Of a DNA stretch of 64,000 nucleotides, positions 46,171 to 55,459 are shown piece by piece. Each line of letters begins with the position of its first letter. Positions within the stretch are counted from its first letter, which is position 1. Made by a program: the position numbers and the translations under genes. A model generated the notes under the pieces. The model worked only from the letters and a program-made list of their open reading frames with translations, did no database searches and had not been told where the DNA came from. The DNA comes from Candidatus Thorarchaeota archaeon (GTDB lineage: Archaea > Asgardarchaeota > Thorarchaeia > Thorarchaeales > Thorarchaeaceae). The stretch covers positions 53,541 to 117,540 of the forward strand of contig JAEOTX010000039.1 in the NCBI GenBank assembly GCA_016839605.1. Direction: 5' to 3'.

Positions 46171-46890
46171 CTATTGCGTCTGCCCCCATTCATTCCCTGT
46201 TGCAATCAATATGAGACCAATTATGATTAGTCCCGGAGCCAAGATGCCTGGAATAGTGTAGGATCCCAAGAAGACCATATCAGCCAAAACATGACGAGCT
46301 GCATGAATCACTCTGCCTGCAAACAAGACAAAGAAGCCTAAGCCTAGCATTAAGTTAGACCGTCTTAGGATACCACCTGATTGCCATGCCAAATACCAGA
46401 ATAGAAGGGGAATGAATAATGCATATAGAGCACCTGCACCACCTGATAGAATCTGACGATCTAGTTCAGCAAGTGGGACTAGTGCCAGTACAATGCCGAT
46501 TAAAACGGCAGGGATAGCAAAGAGAATTTCAGCCCACCGCTTCCCAAATATCATGAAAGCAGCTGTAGCAGAGAGAATGGCAAGTGCCATCCATTGGAAG
46601 AAAGCTCCTGCACTAAGCCAAACAGCTGGGTCGGATAGCAAAACTGAGAATTGCGTTTCTAATCCGCCATAGAGAGAGGATATGTCCGCATAGAAGTCGC
46701 CAACGAAATAGAAACATCTTCCAATAGCAAGCAAGAGGAAGAAGAGAGCCATAGCAAGCTGGAAAGGATTCCTTGTCTTCTTGTATCTAAAGAAGAGGAA
46801 GAATATGAAGATGAAGAAATAATACCCAACCACAAGGAACCATAGCCCTATGTGTGCTTCTCTAATTGCCATATCGATGGTCTGTAACAT
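46171..46890 (-). CDS. Seven-TM membrane protein
   Basis: About 7 hydrophobic helices; RYKKTRN after TM1. Confidence 0.75.
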   Translation of the reverse strand: MLQTIDMAIREAHIGLWFLVVGYYFFIFIFFLFFRYKKTRNPFQLAMALFFLLLAIGRCFYFVGDFYADISSLYGGLETQFSVLLSDPAVWLSAGAFFQWMALAILSATAAFMIFGKRWAEILFAIPAVLIGIVLALVPLAELDRQILSGGAGALYALFIPLLFWYLAWQSGGILRRSNLMLGLGFFVLFAGRVIHAARHVLADMVFLGSYTIPGILAPGLIIIGLILIATGNEWGQTQ

Positions 46891-47077
46891 CTTGCTAGCT
46901 CCTTTGGCTTCTGGTTTACACTAGTACGGTTCTGTTCGCTTCCTGACAAATAAGTGTATTCTGCTCCATAAATGAGCTAATGAGGACAATACGTCTGCAA
47001 TATGCCAAAAACACACTCTACACATACACAAAGACAACCTCTATATTTGGCGCGTGTGAACTCTTGTTGGTGGTCCT

Positions 47078-47491
47078 TTGAGTTCCGGGCGAACGTGGAA
47101 GCTGAAAACTGCAGACGGCACGCTCACAGAGTTCAAAGACATCCGTCGAAAAGTGGGTAACCAGATCATCCGTGCGTATCTGCTTGAGAATGCTTTGTCT
47201 GCGAACCGTCTTGAGCGAATTAAGGCAACTCTCAGGGGACCCAAGAACGAGTTCAAGGATTTCGATGACTTTTTTGTATTGAGTGCATCAGTTAACGGCA
47301 AACTTAGGATTCTCGTTGAAGCCAATGTCTATGATAATCTGAGAATTGTTGGAACTGATAGTGAGAAAATAACAAGCATGAATCCAAAACAAATCTTATC
47401 ATTGTTCACTAAGATCCTTGATGAGCTCGAAAATCATGCAACAACATTGATTCTAAGCGAAAACTCAAAGGTGAGTGCAAAACAAGGATGA
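47078..47491 (+). CDS. Hypothetical protein
   Basis: 137-aa ORF with a 4-nt overlap with the next gene. Confidence 0.7.
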   Translation: MSSGRTWKLKTADGTLTEFKDIRRKVGNQIIRAYLLENALSANRLERIKATLRGPKNEFKDFDDFFVLSASVNGKLRILVEANVYDNLRIVGTDSEKITSMNPKQILSLFTKILDELENHATTLILSENSKVSAKQG

Positions 47492-47685
47492 GCGAATTCA
47501 AGCGATATGCAAAGTGTCCTGTCTGTGGTGAGAGAACCGTGCTCTCCGTACCTCAAGACATAGTGAAGAAAGCAAAGAGATTCCCCTTCACACTCAAAGT
47601 TGTCCACGAGGATCATCATTTCTACATCAATATTGATTCTCGGGCATCTATTACAGATATCCTGAAACCAGAGCTCGTGGAGTGA
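47488..47685 (+). CDS. Small CPxCG zinc-ribbon-like protein
   Basis: CPVCG plus H.DHH potential ligands; translationally coupled. Confidence 0.65.
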   Translation: MSEFKRYAKCPVCGERTVLSVPQDIVKKAKRFPFTLKVVHEDHHFYINIDSRASITDILKPELVE

Positions 47686-48507
47686 TCATCCGATATAGCG
47701 GTCACTTGGCCGGTCGCCTTCATCTTCAGGTGTACCACGCTGAGAGATCTCATTTTTAGCCCATTCGATGAAATCAATCACCTTTGTAACATCATCTTCT
47801 AGAATGTCGAAAGATGCTTTGATCTTGAGGAAAGAACTAATCTTCTCAAGCACAGTTCTTGCTGCACGATAGTCCATTTTGATCATGCCAAGTGTTTCTC
47901 CAAGTAGGCAAGCTCCTTTCATATCATACATTGAAGCAGCCCACGCAGGAATGAATCCATTTGCTCCATTCACAACGCCCTCTTCAGTTGCCACAGTACC
48001 CCCCACAGTGGATATTTCACCTAGCAATTCCGATGAGCTTGCAGAAATAAAGACGCGAGGCGGCATTGGATATGACTCGAAGAACTCCTGATAGCTAGTT
48101 TCATAGGCAGCTAACGCGTAGACCTCTTTCACTCCGAGCCCAGTGAACTCCTGAACTACAAAATCAGCGTACTCGAAAACACCACGTCCAGATGCAGGCT
48201 GGAAGTCAGCCGATAGCAGAATGATGTCGTGCGGTTCATCGGGGGCTGCACGATACAGCATTATCGAGCTCTTGGGGAAGTTGGCGATACCATCTTTTAC
48301 AAATACGCGAGGCGGAAAGTCATCTGAGAAGAAATCCATAACAGGCTGCGCATTAAGAACAGCTGCTAGTGTGTCAACAGCTATACGTCCTACGTTGGCT
48401 ATACCTGGAAGTCCTAGAACTGCTACAGGACTCTTGAGGGCAGTTTCATCAAGGTCAATAAAGCGCCTTGTATACATGTTCATCCTTCCTATGGTGTATT
48501 GCTTCAT
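47686..48507 (-). CDS. PAC2 (proteasome assembly chaperone) family protein
   Basis: GLPGIANVGRIA, FPP.V, ADFQP, GACLLGET, D..AA, C-terminal YIG. Confidence 0.9.
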   Translation of the reverse strand: MKQYTIGRMNMYTRRFIDLDETALKSPVAVLGLPGIANVGRIAVDTLAAVLNAQPVMDFFSDDFPPRVFVKDGIANFPKSSIMLYRAAPDEPHDIILLSADFQPASGRGVFEYADFVVQEFTGLGVKEVYALAAYETSYQEFFESYPMPPRVFISASSSELLGEISTVGGTVATEEGVVNGANGFIPAWAASMYDMKGACLLGETLGMIKMDYRAARTVLEKISSFLKIKASFDILEDDVTKVIDFIEWAKNEISQRGTPEDEGDRPSDRYIG

Positions 48508-48539
48508 GTCAAACGCATTAAGTCCTATCGGTATTGGAA

Positions 48540-49292
48540 TTACAGCCTATAGAAAGCCAAAGCATTCTTCGTTGTTGCTTCAGCAACATCTTCCATGGGC
48601 AATTCCAGCAAATCAGCTAATGACTTGCAGCCCAATGCTAGATTTGCTGGTTCGTTCCTCTTCTCTGTGGGTGAGAGATATGGACCATCCGTTTCCAGGA
48701 GGATTTGATCCAATGGCATAATTTTCGCCGCTTCAGACCTACTCCTATATCTTGCAAAGTTGGCTGGGAGAGTTATGCTCCAACCGTTGTCAGCTATTCT
48801 TTTCGTAGTTTCTCTAGGACCATCATAGCAATGCATTAACACTCCATTCACTGCGTTCTTCTCCAGGATCTCGGTTGCCCGAGGTTCAGCTTTCCGCGAA
48901 TGAATGACCAGTGGTAATTCGAGTTCATTTGCGAGATTTATGAAGAGTCTAAATAGCGGTTCCTGAGCCTTCCTTTGATTCGCATCCGTCACCCAATGAT
49001 AGTCAAGACCCACTTCGCCAACAGCAACTATGCCCTCAGAATACTTACGGATTAGTGAGATTATCTTCTGCGCCTCATCTTCTGTCAGTCTTGATGCTTG
49101 ACATCCAGCAGTATGGTGAATGAATCCTTGATGTTTTTCTACAATGCCGAGTGTCCTTCTGAATGATCCGGGTCCTATGGAGGAAGTCACCATTCCAATA
49201 AGGCCGGCTTTCTTCGCTCTTTCTATGACTTGCTCACGGTCATTCTTGAAGTGTTTCATGTCAATGTGAGTATGTGCATCGAATAGGCGCAT
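48540..49292 (-). CDS. tatD: TatD family nuclease
   Basis: DAHTH, VGEVGLDY, IHSR, MHCY, LETDGP, NEP. Confidence 0.93.
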   Translation of the reverse strand: MRLFDAHTHIDMKHFKNDREQVIERAKKAGLIGMVTSSIGPGSFRRTLGIVEKHQGFIHHTAGCQASRLTEDEAQKIISLIRKYSEGIVAVGEVGLDYHWVTDANQRKAQEPLFRLFINLANELELPLVIHSRKAEPRATEILEKNAVNGVLMHCYDGPRETTKRIADNGWSITLPANFARYRSRSEAAKIMPLDQILLETDGPYLSPTEKRNEPANLALGCKSLADLLELPMEDVAEATTKNALAFYRL

Positions 49293-49375
49293 TTTCCCAA
49301 GTTTGCTCCTTTCTTTCAGGCCTGTACTAGATTCTTTTTAATCGTAGCCATAAGTCCTGGCATTGGGGACAACCG

Positions 49376-50278
49376 ATGTCTGATGATGTCCACAAGCGAC
49401 TAAAGGAGAAAACTCTACAGATTGCACAGCTCCAGCACCAACTAGGAGTTTTGCAAGCTCAGCTTGAAGGAACACAGCGTCGAGCTGGAGAAACAGGCAC
49501 GAAGATTATCGCTCTGGAGAGTCTAATTGCTGAGAAGGACTCCGAAAACCACATGCTTCGCTCTGAACTGGGTCGCACAAAGGGTGCCTTGGATACCATG
49601 GGGAAGGAAATCCAAGGAATTCGAGCTGAACAGACTCAGCAATTGGCTCGGGCGAAGCCGATGAGTGATGACTATTCTCTTAAACAACAGCTATCTGACG
49701 CATTGAAGCAGAATGAACTGCTTAAGGAAGACATCAAGTCACTATCAGAGGCCGCTTCTGCCGTGCTCAAAGATGAGCCTGGTGCGCGAGACCACCTTCG
49801 AGATGCAATAATGCATGTTGGAGACCCCAGATTCAAGATACTCAACACTGTACTGGAGAAGAGATCAATAAGGATAGAAGAAATTGCTTCCAGTCTGCTC
49901 ATAGATATGAATGAGGCTCTAGCCCTGGTTGACGAACTCCAGGCAGCAGGAGAAATTGAGCTTGGAGATGGTATCACTGTTATTCCTGGTGAAAAGTATC
50001 GAGTTGCTAAGATTCCAGTAGAAGAATGGAAGACTTGGAACCCTCCAGACATCTTCGATTCACTTGAGGATATTGTTGGACGAACAGAGGGACATGAGTC
50101 TATTTCAAAGGCGATTGAGGCGGCAGTAGACATACTAGAGCAAAAAATCGCTCGTGGTGGTGCGTTAGTCTTTCAAATGAGGAAGACTGCAGACCAATGG
50201 AAAAAGGGTGATGCCAACGTTCAGGAACTTCAGTATACAATACGAGAATGGAAAGCACGTGCACTGTCTCTCAGCTAG
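49376..50278 (+). CDS. Long coiled coil plus winged-helix protein
   Basis: About 140 aa of heptads, then FKILNTV..IRIEEIASSL..LVDELQAAGEI (wHTH) and a helical tail. Confidence 0.7.
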   Translation: MSDDVHKRLKEKTLQIAQLQHQLGVLQAQLEGTQRRAGETGTKIIALESLIAEKDSENHMLRSELGRTKGALDTMGKEIQGIRAEQTQQLARAKPMSDDYSLKQQLSDALKQNELLKEDIKSLSEAASAVLKDEPGARDHLRDAIMHVGDPRFKILNTVLEKRSIRIEEIASSLLIDMNEALALVDELQAAGEIELGDGITVIPGEKYRVAKIPVEEWKTWNPPDIFDSLEDIVGRTEGHESISKAIEAAVDILEQKIARGGALVFQMRKTADQWKKGDANVQELQYTIREWKARALSLS

Positions 50279-50670
50279 TCCTCAGAGCCCTTCTTAATAG
50301 CCTCCTTGACATAAGCTCCAAAATCAGATGTTTCGCCGTCACGTTGAATTCTGATTTTCGTTTCCTCTCCTTTGACTTGACGCTCAATGTACCTTACATC
50401 CAACTGGCTCATAAGTTGGCGATATCCTCTGTAGACAATTAGATACAGGATGACTTCTTCCACTTGTCTACCAACGCCTTGATTGCTTGTCTTCAGTTCG
50501 CTAAGATATGATAATGCATCCGGTGCAAGAAACCTCTGAAGGAGCTTTGCACGTTCAGCGCCAACCTTCTCTTCCTGTTCACGCGCAGCTTGCATTTGCT
50601 TCTCGCGTTTAATCATCCTAGCCATCTTCTTTCGTCGGATGATTGCTAGGTCGGGGTCGTCGTCAGTCAG
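50275..50670 (-). CDS. PDCD5-like dsDNA-binding protein
   Basis: Upstream extension TDDDPDLAIIRRKKM matches the family N-terminus; LLQRFLAPDA..L..LK; KIRIQR. Probable CTG start; ORF track starts at 50625. Confidence 0.8.
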   Translation of the reverse strand: MTDDDPDLAIIRRKKMARMIKREKQMQAAREQEEKVGAERAKLLQRFLAPDALSYLSELKTSNQGVGRQVEEVILYLIVYRGYRQLMSQLDVRYIERQVKGEETKIRIQRDGETSDFGAYVKEAIKKGSED

Positions 50671-50801
50671 AGTATAAACCTCAACTCCAGAGCCGTAATG
50701 AAGAGCAGTTAAGCCTAACGATACAACTAGAAGTGCTTTTTAGGCTTGATTCTGAATAGACGGTAGGCTAGAAGCATATGAAATTGCGAGGTTTGCACTA
50801 A

Positions 50802-51749
50802 TTGACAGCACAAGAAGTATGCAAATGGCTTGCTGATTCAAAGACAGGCAACACGTGTAGATTGAGGAATGTGTCACTTCCCAGGGGGGAAGTGGCTGCC
50901 AAATGCACAAAATCAGATCTAGCAGTGATATGTGTTGACGCCTATTCTGCCCTGTCTAAGGGTCTTGAAACATTGAAGGCCAGCAGTACTGATTCATTCC
51001 TTTGGCTGATAGAATCAGCAAATCAATTCGAGAACCTCGGAGAAACTGACAATGCAATTATGGCAACGGTCAAAGCTATTGACTTTGCGACAAAGATGAA
51101 TCTGTTTGAGAGAGGATACGAGATCTTTAGGTATGCAAGAAATATGCTCGAAAATGGCCTAGCTAAGCAAGATCCATCTCTTGCAAGTCCAATGATTAAG
51201 CAAACCCTTGTAAAGAGTGGCGAGAAGCTTATTGAGGAATTAAGGAAAATTGCCATAGGCTCTCCAGTGGCGGATGTACAGGCTGAACTGAAAGCCAGCA
51301 TACTTAGTGGTGTGAGTCTGAAAAAGACCGAGGAAGCTATGCAGGAGGAAGAGAAAGACAAGCTTGTGATCAGCCATGGCAGGTCTCTCTATGAGAAGAA
51401 GGCTTCAGAATATAGGGAAGGAGCTGACACCTATTTGGCCTCTGGAATGACACAGAATGCTATCACATTCTCGTGTTTGGGAGCTCTTTCGGATCTAATG
51501 CTAGGCAAACCCAAGGACGGCTTATTGTACCTAACAGAGTTCACTGAGCAATCGGGGATAAAGGACGAGTTCAACAACCACCCCTGTTTTCAGTGGACTA
51601 GATTGGTCTTCAAGGGGCTGATTAGCAGAGACGCTGACGCGCTTTTGGAGGCTACCAAAGTATTCCTTAGCATTCCTTGGAGCTTCAAGGATGACCACGA
51701 GTTCGCTCGAAGGGCAATGGAATCTGTCGAACGAAGAATTACTCAGTGA
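50802..51749 (+). CDS. TPR/SNAP-like helical protein with N-terminal Cys cluster
   Basis: Four Cys in the first 45 aa; ESANQFENLG..NAI..KA and LGALSDL..G helical repeats. Confidence 0.55.
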   Translation: MTAQEVCKWLADSKTGNTCRLRNVSLPRGEVAAKCTKSDLAVICVDAYSALSKGLETLKASSTDSFLWLIESANQFENLGETDNAIMATVKAIDFATKMNLFERGYEIFRYARNMLENGLAKQDPSLASPMIKQTLVKSGEKLIEELRKIAIGSPVADVQAELKASILSGVSLKKTEEAMQEEEKDKLVISHGRSLYEKKASEYREGADTYLASGMTQNAITFSCLGALSDLMLGKPKDGLLYLTEFTEQSGIKDEFNNHPCFQWTRLVFKGLISRDADALLEATKVFLSIPWSFKDDHEFARRAMESVERRITQ

Positions 51750-53115
51750 TCCGCATTCTGGCAATGAAGAATCCGTTTGAGTTTTGTCTGTGAGGAAAGA
51801 GTCGAATCACTTCGTCAGAGCATTCAAATCCAGAATAGCCTGGAGACCCCTTGTATGGAATCTCCAGTAGCTCGAATTGATGACGAGTCATTGCAGAGTC
51901 AATTTGTGATTCGCCTTCATGAGGCAGAAGAGAACACGTCGCAAAAACCACTTCCGTACCTGGCTTATCAGAGTAGGCACATAGGATCCCATCAAGAATC
52001 TTATTCTGAATGGACATATTACTCATGAGCGTGTCCTTATTGAGCCGCCATTTGAAGGATGGATGACTGCGAAGAATCCCTGTAGATGTGCATGGAGCGT
52101 CGATGAGAATCTTATCTGCATCAGACACAGGTGCAGTCATGGCATCAGCCTCTACAAATGATACACCATCACAACCCAAAGATGACCAACGTTGTTTTGT
52201 CTGTTCTAGTCGATCTGCATTGATATCGGTGGCTATGAGCTGTCCTTCTGTATTCATGAGCTCCCAGATGAGATGAGTCTTCATCCCTGGAGCAGCACAC
52301 GCATCCCATATCTTCAATCCAGGCCGGGGTGTCAGAGCATGTCCAACAGCAACACTACCCTTATCCTGAATGATCACTCTACCTTCATTGAATTCATCGG
52401 AACTGAAGAGAGAAGGAATACCTCCAACGACTCTGAAGAGGTCAAGGTATTTGCCCTCCTCCTCTAATACAACACCGCGTTTCTTCAGGTGAGGAATGAC
52501 CTCATCATGCCTATCTAGTAGCCTGTTCACTCTCAGAAAGTAGTCTCTGGGCCCATTGTTTCGTCGCATCAGTTCTATTGCTTCATCCCGTCCAAGATGT
52601 TCAGAAAGAGTTTCAACCAAGAATGTAGGGTGCGACTCCTTGATTCCTATTGCATTGGAATATTCTAGATTCCTAGTCCTCTTATCCAAGTCAAGTTTCA
52701 TAGCTTGGTTTACATTGTCTGAAAGACCAGATGAATCGAGACTATTGACAATTGAACTACTCAGGGGAGTCTTTGCCCAGCGCAGCTCATAGATAGCAAG
52801 TCGGAGAAGACTCTGGTCAGGGACACTAAGATCAGATAGGCTCCTCTTGCCTAAGGCACGAACAGCAATGTAGTTGATGGTGTTCAGATATCGGATAACT
52901 CCAAGAACGCGGGATTGAATATAGCCTCGGACCTCCACATCCAATGAATTATCCAAATCATTCAATCGCAGCAGCTCTCGCATTGTTTTGGATGTGGTAC
53001 CGTATTGTGTCAATAGAGCGAGAATCTGTTTTGCTGCGACTGCACTTACCGACTCTGTGTTGATTTCTAAGCACATCTCCTTCTTAGGGATAATATCAAG
53101 GCGGCTTCTATCCAA
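51739..53115 (-). CDS. RsmB/NOP2/Sun RNA m5C methyltransferase with NusB-like N-terminus
   Basis: IQDKGS, DACAAPGMKT, IDAPCTSTG, ATCS..P.EGE, GFFIA. Confidence 0.92.
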   Translation of the reverse strand: MDRSRLDIIPKKEMCLEINTESVSAVAAKQILALLTQYGTTSKTMRELLRLNDLDNSLDVEVRGYIQSRVLGVIRYLNTINYIAVRALGKRSLSDLSVPDQSLLRLAIYELRWAKTPLSSSIVNSLDSSGLSDNVNQAMKLDLDKRTRNLEYSNAIGIKESHPTFLVETLSEHLGRDEAIELMRRNNGPRDYFLRVNRLLDRHDEVIPHLKKRGVVLEEEGKYLDLFRVVGGIPSLFSSDEFNEGRVIIQDKGSVAVGHALTPRPGLKIWDACAAPGMKTHLIWELMNTEGQLIATDINADRLEQTKQRWSSLGCDGVSFVEADAMTAPVSDADKILIDAPCTSTGILRSHPSFKWRLNKDTLMSNMSIQNKILDGILCAYSDKPGTEVVFATCSLLPHEGESQIDSAMTRHQFELLEIPYKGSPGYSGFECSDEVIRLFPHRQNSNGFFIARMRITE

Positions 53116-53249
53116 AAGATGGAGATTAGGATTCCTATAGCCCTAGAAACAGAGCACGCTCAGAGGAGAAGCGCTTAAATCTGCCTAGTCTTGGCCAGAA
53201 CAATAACTGGGACCTATGTGCTCCATTTAGATATAGGACGGCAATCGAC

Positions 53250-54908
53250 ATGCAGATGTTTGGTCATCTTATCAAGGGTGAGATTGTACAATCAGACAAC
53301 GGAAGGACTGCAATCTTTCCGGATATGAACCGAGTTATAGCAGACCCACGGATTCTCTATGCAATGGCCATGAAGGAACAAGGGTCTCTAGGACGCTTTG
53401 CAGCTCGATACTTCAGTGGAGTACTTCCAGAAAAGACACCAGAGATAAGACTCCTAAAAGACTACATCCGAACGCATGGGCATCCTTCTGCAACAAAGGA
53501 TGAGATAGAAGAGATACAGTTTGCAAAATATACTATTGGAGGGGAGCGTGAGACTGCTAGAGCATGTGATGAGGCGCATAGGATTCGAAGATTGATGCAT
53601 AGAGAAGTCGACAGCCAAGGAGAGGGGATTTCTCTACAGGAAAGAGCAGAGAGCCTCATCCATATAGGTGAAGCGCTCTGGAAGAACTATGATTCATTCA
53701 AAAGGATCGGAATCGCAGAGGGAACTCCTGTCACACTATTTGATTGGCAGACAAAAGGCGTGTTCAACACCCTGAATAAGGAGCACATCGATTACGCAAC
53801 AAGCAGGATTTCTCCTGAAGAGATCCCATGTGCAACTAAGGGAGAAAGGACTATTCTGAGTAGGTTCCCCTATGGTGCTGTAGGAGTCTTTCCACCCTAC
53901 AATGCCGCAATCGGGCTCGGAGGAATGTCCATCATCTCAAGTTTCTGGGCAGGAAACGCCACTGTCACAAGAACACCATCAAAGATGCCTCTCACGAATA
54001 TGCAGCTTGCCTATGTTCTTGCAGATGCGATGAGAGACTTAGACTTCCCTGTAAGCGCATTCCAGTCAGTGATTGGACCAGCCCGTGAGATTGCGAACTA
54101 TATGATCAATAAGTCGCCACTCAATGCCATGGTCTATTATGGAGACTCAGATGTGGGACTAGGACTCATGGCTAAAGCAGTAAAACGTGGACTGCATTTT
54201 GTACCCGAGCTTGCAGGTAGTGGTGCAAGTCTAGTCTGGAAAGACGTCGACATCGATAAGGTCTCAAGCTATGTGACTAATGCAAGATTCTTCGGATCTG
54301 GACAAACGTGTTTTGCAGCAAAACGCTTGTTCCTGCATGAATCCATCTTTGACGATTTCATTGCGGCACTGGTAGAGAAGAGTGAACAGCTGAGAGTAGG
54401 ATTGCCAGAGGATTCAAAGACTGATTTACCGATTGTTGGAACTCGTGCACTCTATCAAGTCATCGACATGGTTGACGAAGCATTAAAGAGGGGGGCTAAA
54501 TTAGAAACAGGAGGGTATCGGCTAAACGCTCAAGGGGAGCCAGATGAAGCAGGACTATTCTATAAACCGACCATTCTGAGCAACGTCCCGCTTGATTGCA
54601 AGATGTGGTATCGAGAAACATTCGGCCCAGTCTTCCCAGTAATGAAGGTCAGCTCATTCCAGCAGGCAATCACTCAGGCTAACAACTCACAATATGGACT
54701 CCGCACATCTGTGTATAGCGATGATCCCAGAATCTGGGCTCGCTTCTTCGATGAGATAGATGCGCCAGGTATCGCAGTCAACACCAGCCATATCCACTTT
54801 GACAATTACTATCCTCATCTGGGTGGACTAAAGGCGAGTGGAATCAATGGTGGGAAGTATTTCTATGAGATTCTAACCTATATGAAATATCGACACTTTC
54901 CTGCATAG
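53250..54908 (+). CDS. Aldehyde dehydrogenase family protein
   Basis: PYGAVGVFPPYN, PELAG (general-base Glu), GQTC (catalytic Cys), ETFGPV, ANNSQYGL. Confidence 0.9.
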   Translation: MQMFGHLIKGEIVQSDNGRTAIFPDMNRVIADPRILYAMAMKEQGSLGRFAARYFSGVLPEKTPEIRLLKDYIRTHGHPSATKDEIEEIQFAKYTIGGERETARACDEAHRIRRLMHREVDSQGEGISLQERAESLIHIGEALWKNYDSFKRIGIAEGTPVTLFDWQTKGVFNTLNKEHIDYATSRISPEEIPCATKGERTILSRFPYGAVGVFPPYNAAIGLGGMSIISSFWAGNATVTRTPSKMPLTNMQLAYVLADAMRDLDFPVSAFQSVIGPAREIANYMINKSPLNAMVYYGDSDVGLGLMAKAVKRGLHFVPELAGSGASLVWKDVDIDKVSSYVTNARFFGSGQTCFAAKRLFLHESIFDDFIAALVEKSEQLRVGLPEDSKTDLPIVGTRALYQVIDMVDEALKRGAKLETGGYRLNAQGEPDEAGLFYKPTILSNVPLDCKMWYRETFGPVFPVMKVSSFQQAITQANNSQYGLRTSVYSDDPRIWARFFDEIDAPGIAVNTSHIHFDNYYPHLGGLKASGINGGKYFYEILTYMKYRHFPA

Positions 54909-54913
54909 TGGAT

Positions 54914-55399
54914 CTAGAGAGGCCTCTCGTACATCTGAACCAACATGCCCTCAATTTGCTCGTACGGCTCACCCCATGGTCGAAACCCGAATCGCTCCAT
55001 AAGCCGCTCGCTTGCTTCTTGGCCTACCAGAATATTGCAGTAATTACGCTCACATCCATGAGCTCTACCATACTCGGCGAATTGAATGTACATTGCAGAA
55101 GCTAGTCCACTGGTCCGACATGCAGGCACAACGGTTTGATGCTCACCGAAGAGACCCTTGTCAGTGATTTTCGCCTTGTAGAGGCCAACTATCTGACCTT
55201 GGAGTCTGCTGCCGAAGTAATGATATCCATTTTTCATGTCCTCGAGAACCTGCTCCCGATTATACATTCGCGTCTTTCGCCAAATTTCGGGATAGTCCTC
55301 TGCCATGGGCCATACATGCCTGAAGAGAGTTGAGATCTCTTCAGCATCCTCCTCTGTTAGTTCAACAATACGTATCTCTTCTTCAGGTATCTCTGTCAT
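54914..55399 (-). CDS. GNAT acetyltransferase
   Basis: VVPACRTSGLAS (motif A) and ERFGF. Confidence 0.85.
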   Translation of the reverse strand: MTEIPEEEIRIVELTEEDAEEISTLFRHVWPMAEDYPEIWRKTRMYNREQVLEDMKNGYHYFGSRLQGQIVGLYKAKITDKGLFGEHQTVVPACRTSGLASAMYIQFAEYGRAHGCERNYCNILVGQEASERLMERFGFRPWGEPYEQIEGMLVQMYERPL

Positions 55400-55459
55400 G
55401 AATAGCCATCTTCAGGATGGTTCTGTCCGAAATAAATCTCTGCGTATGTAGTCATTGAA

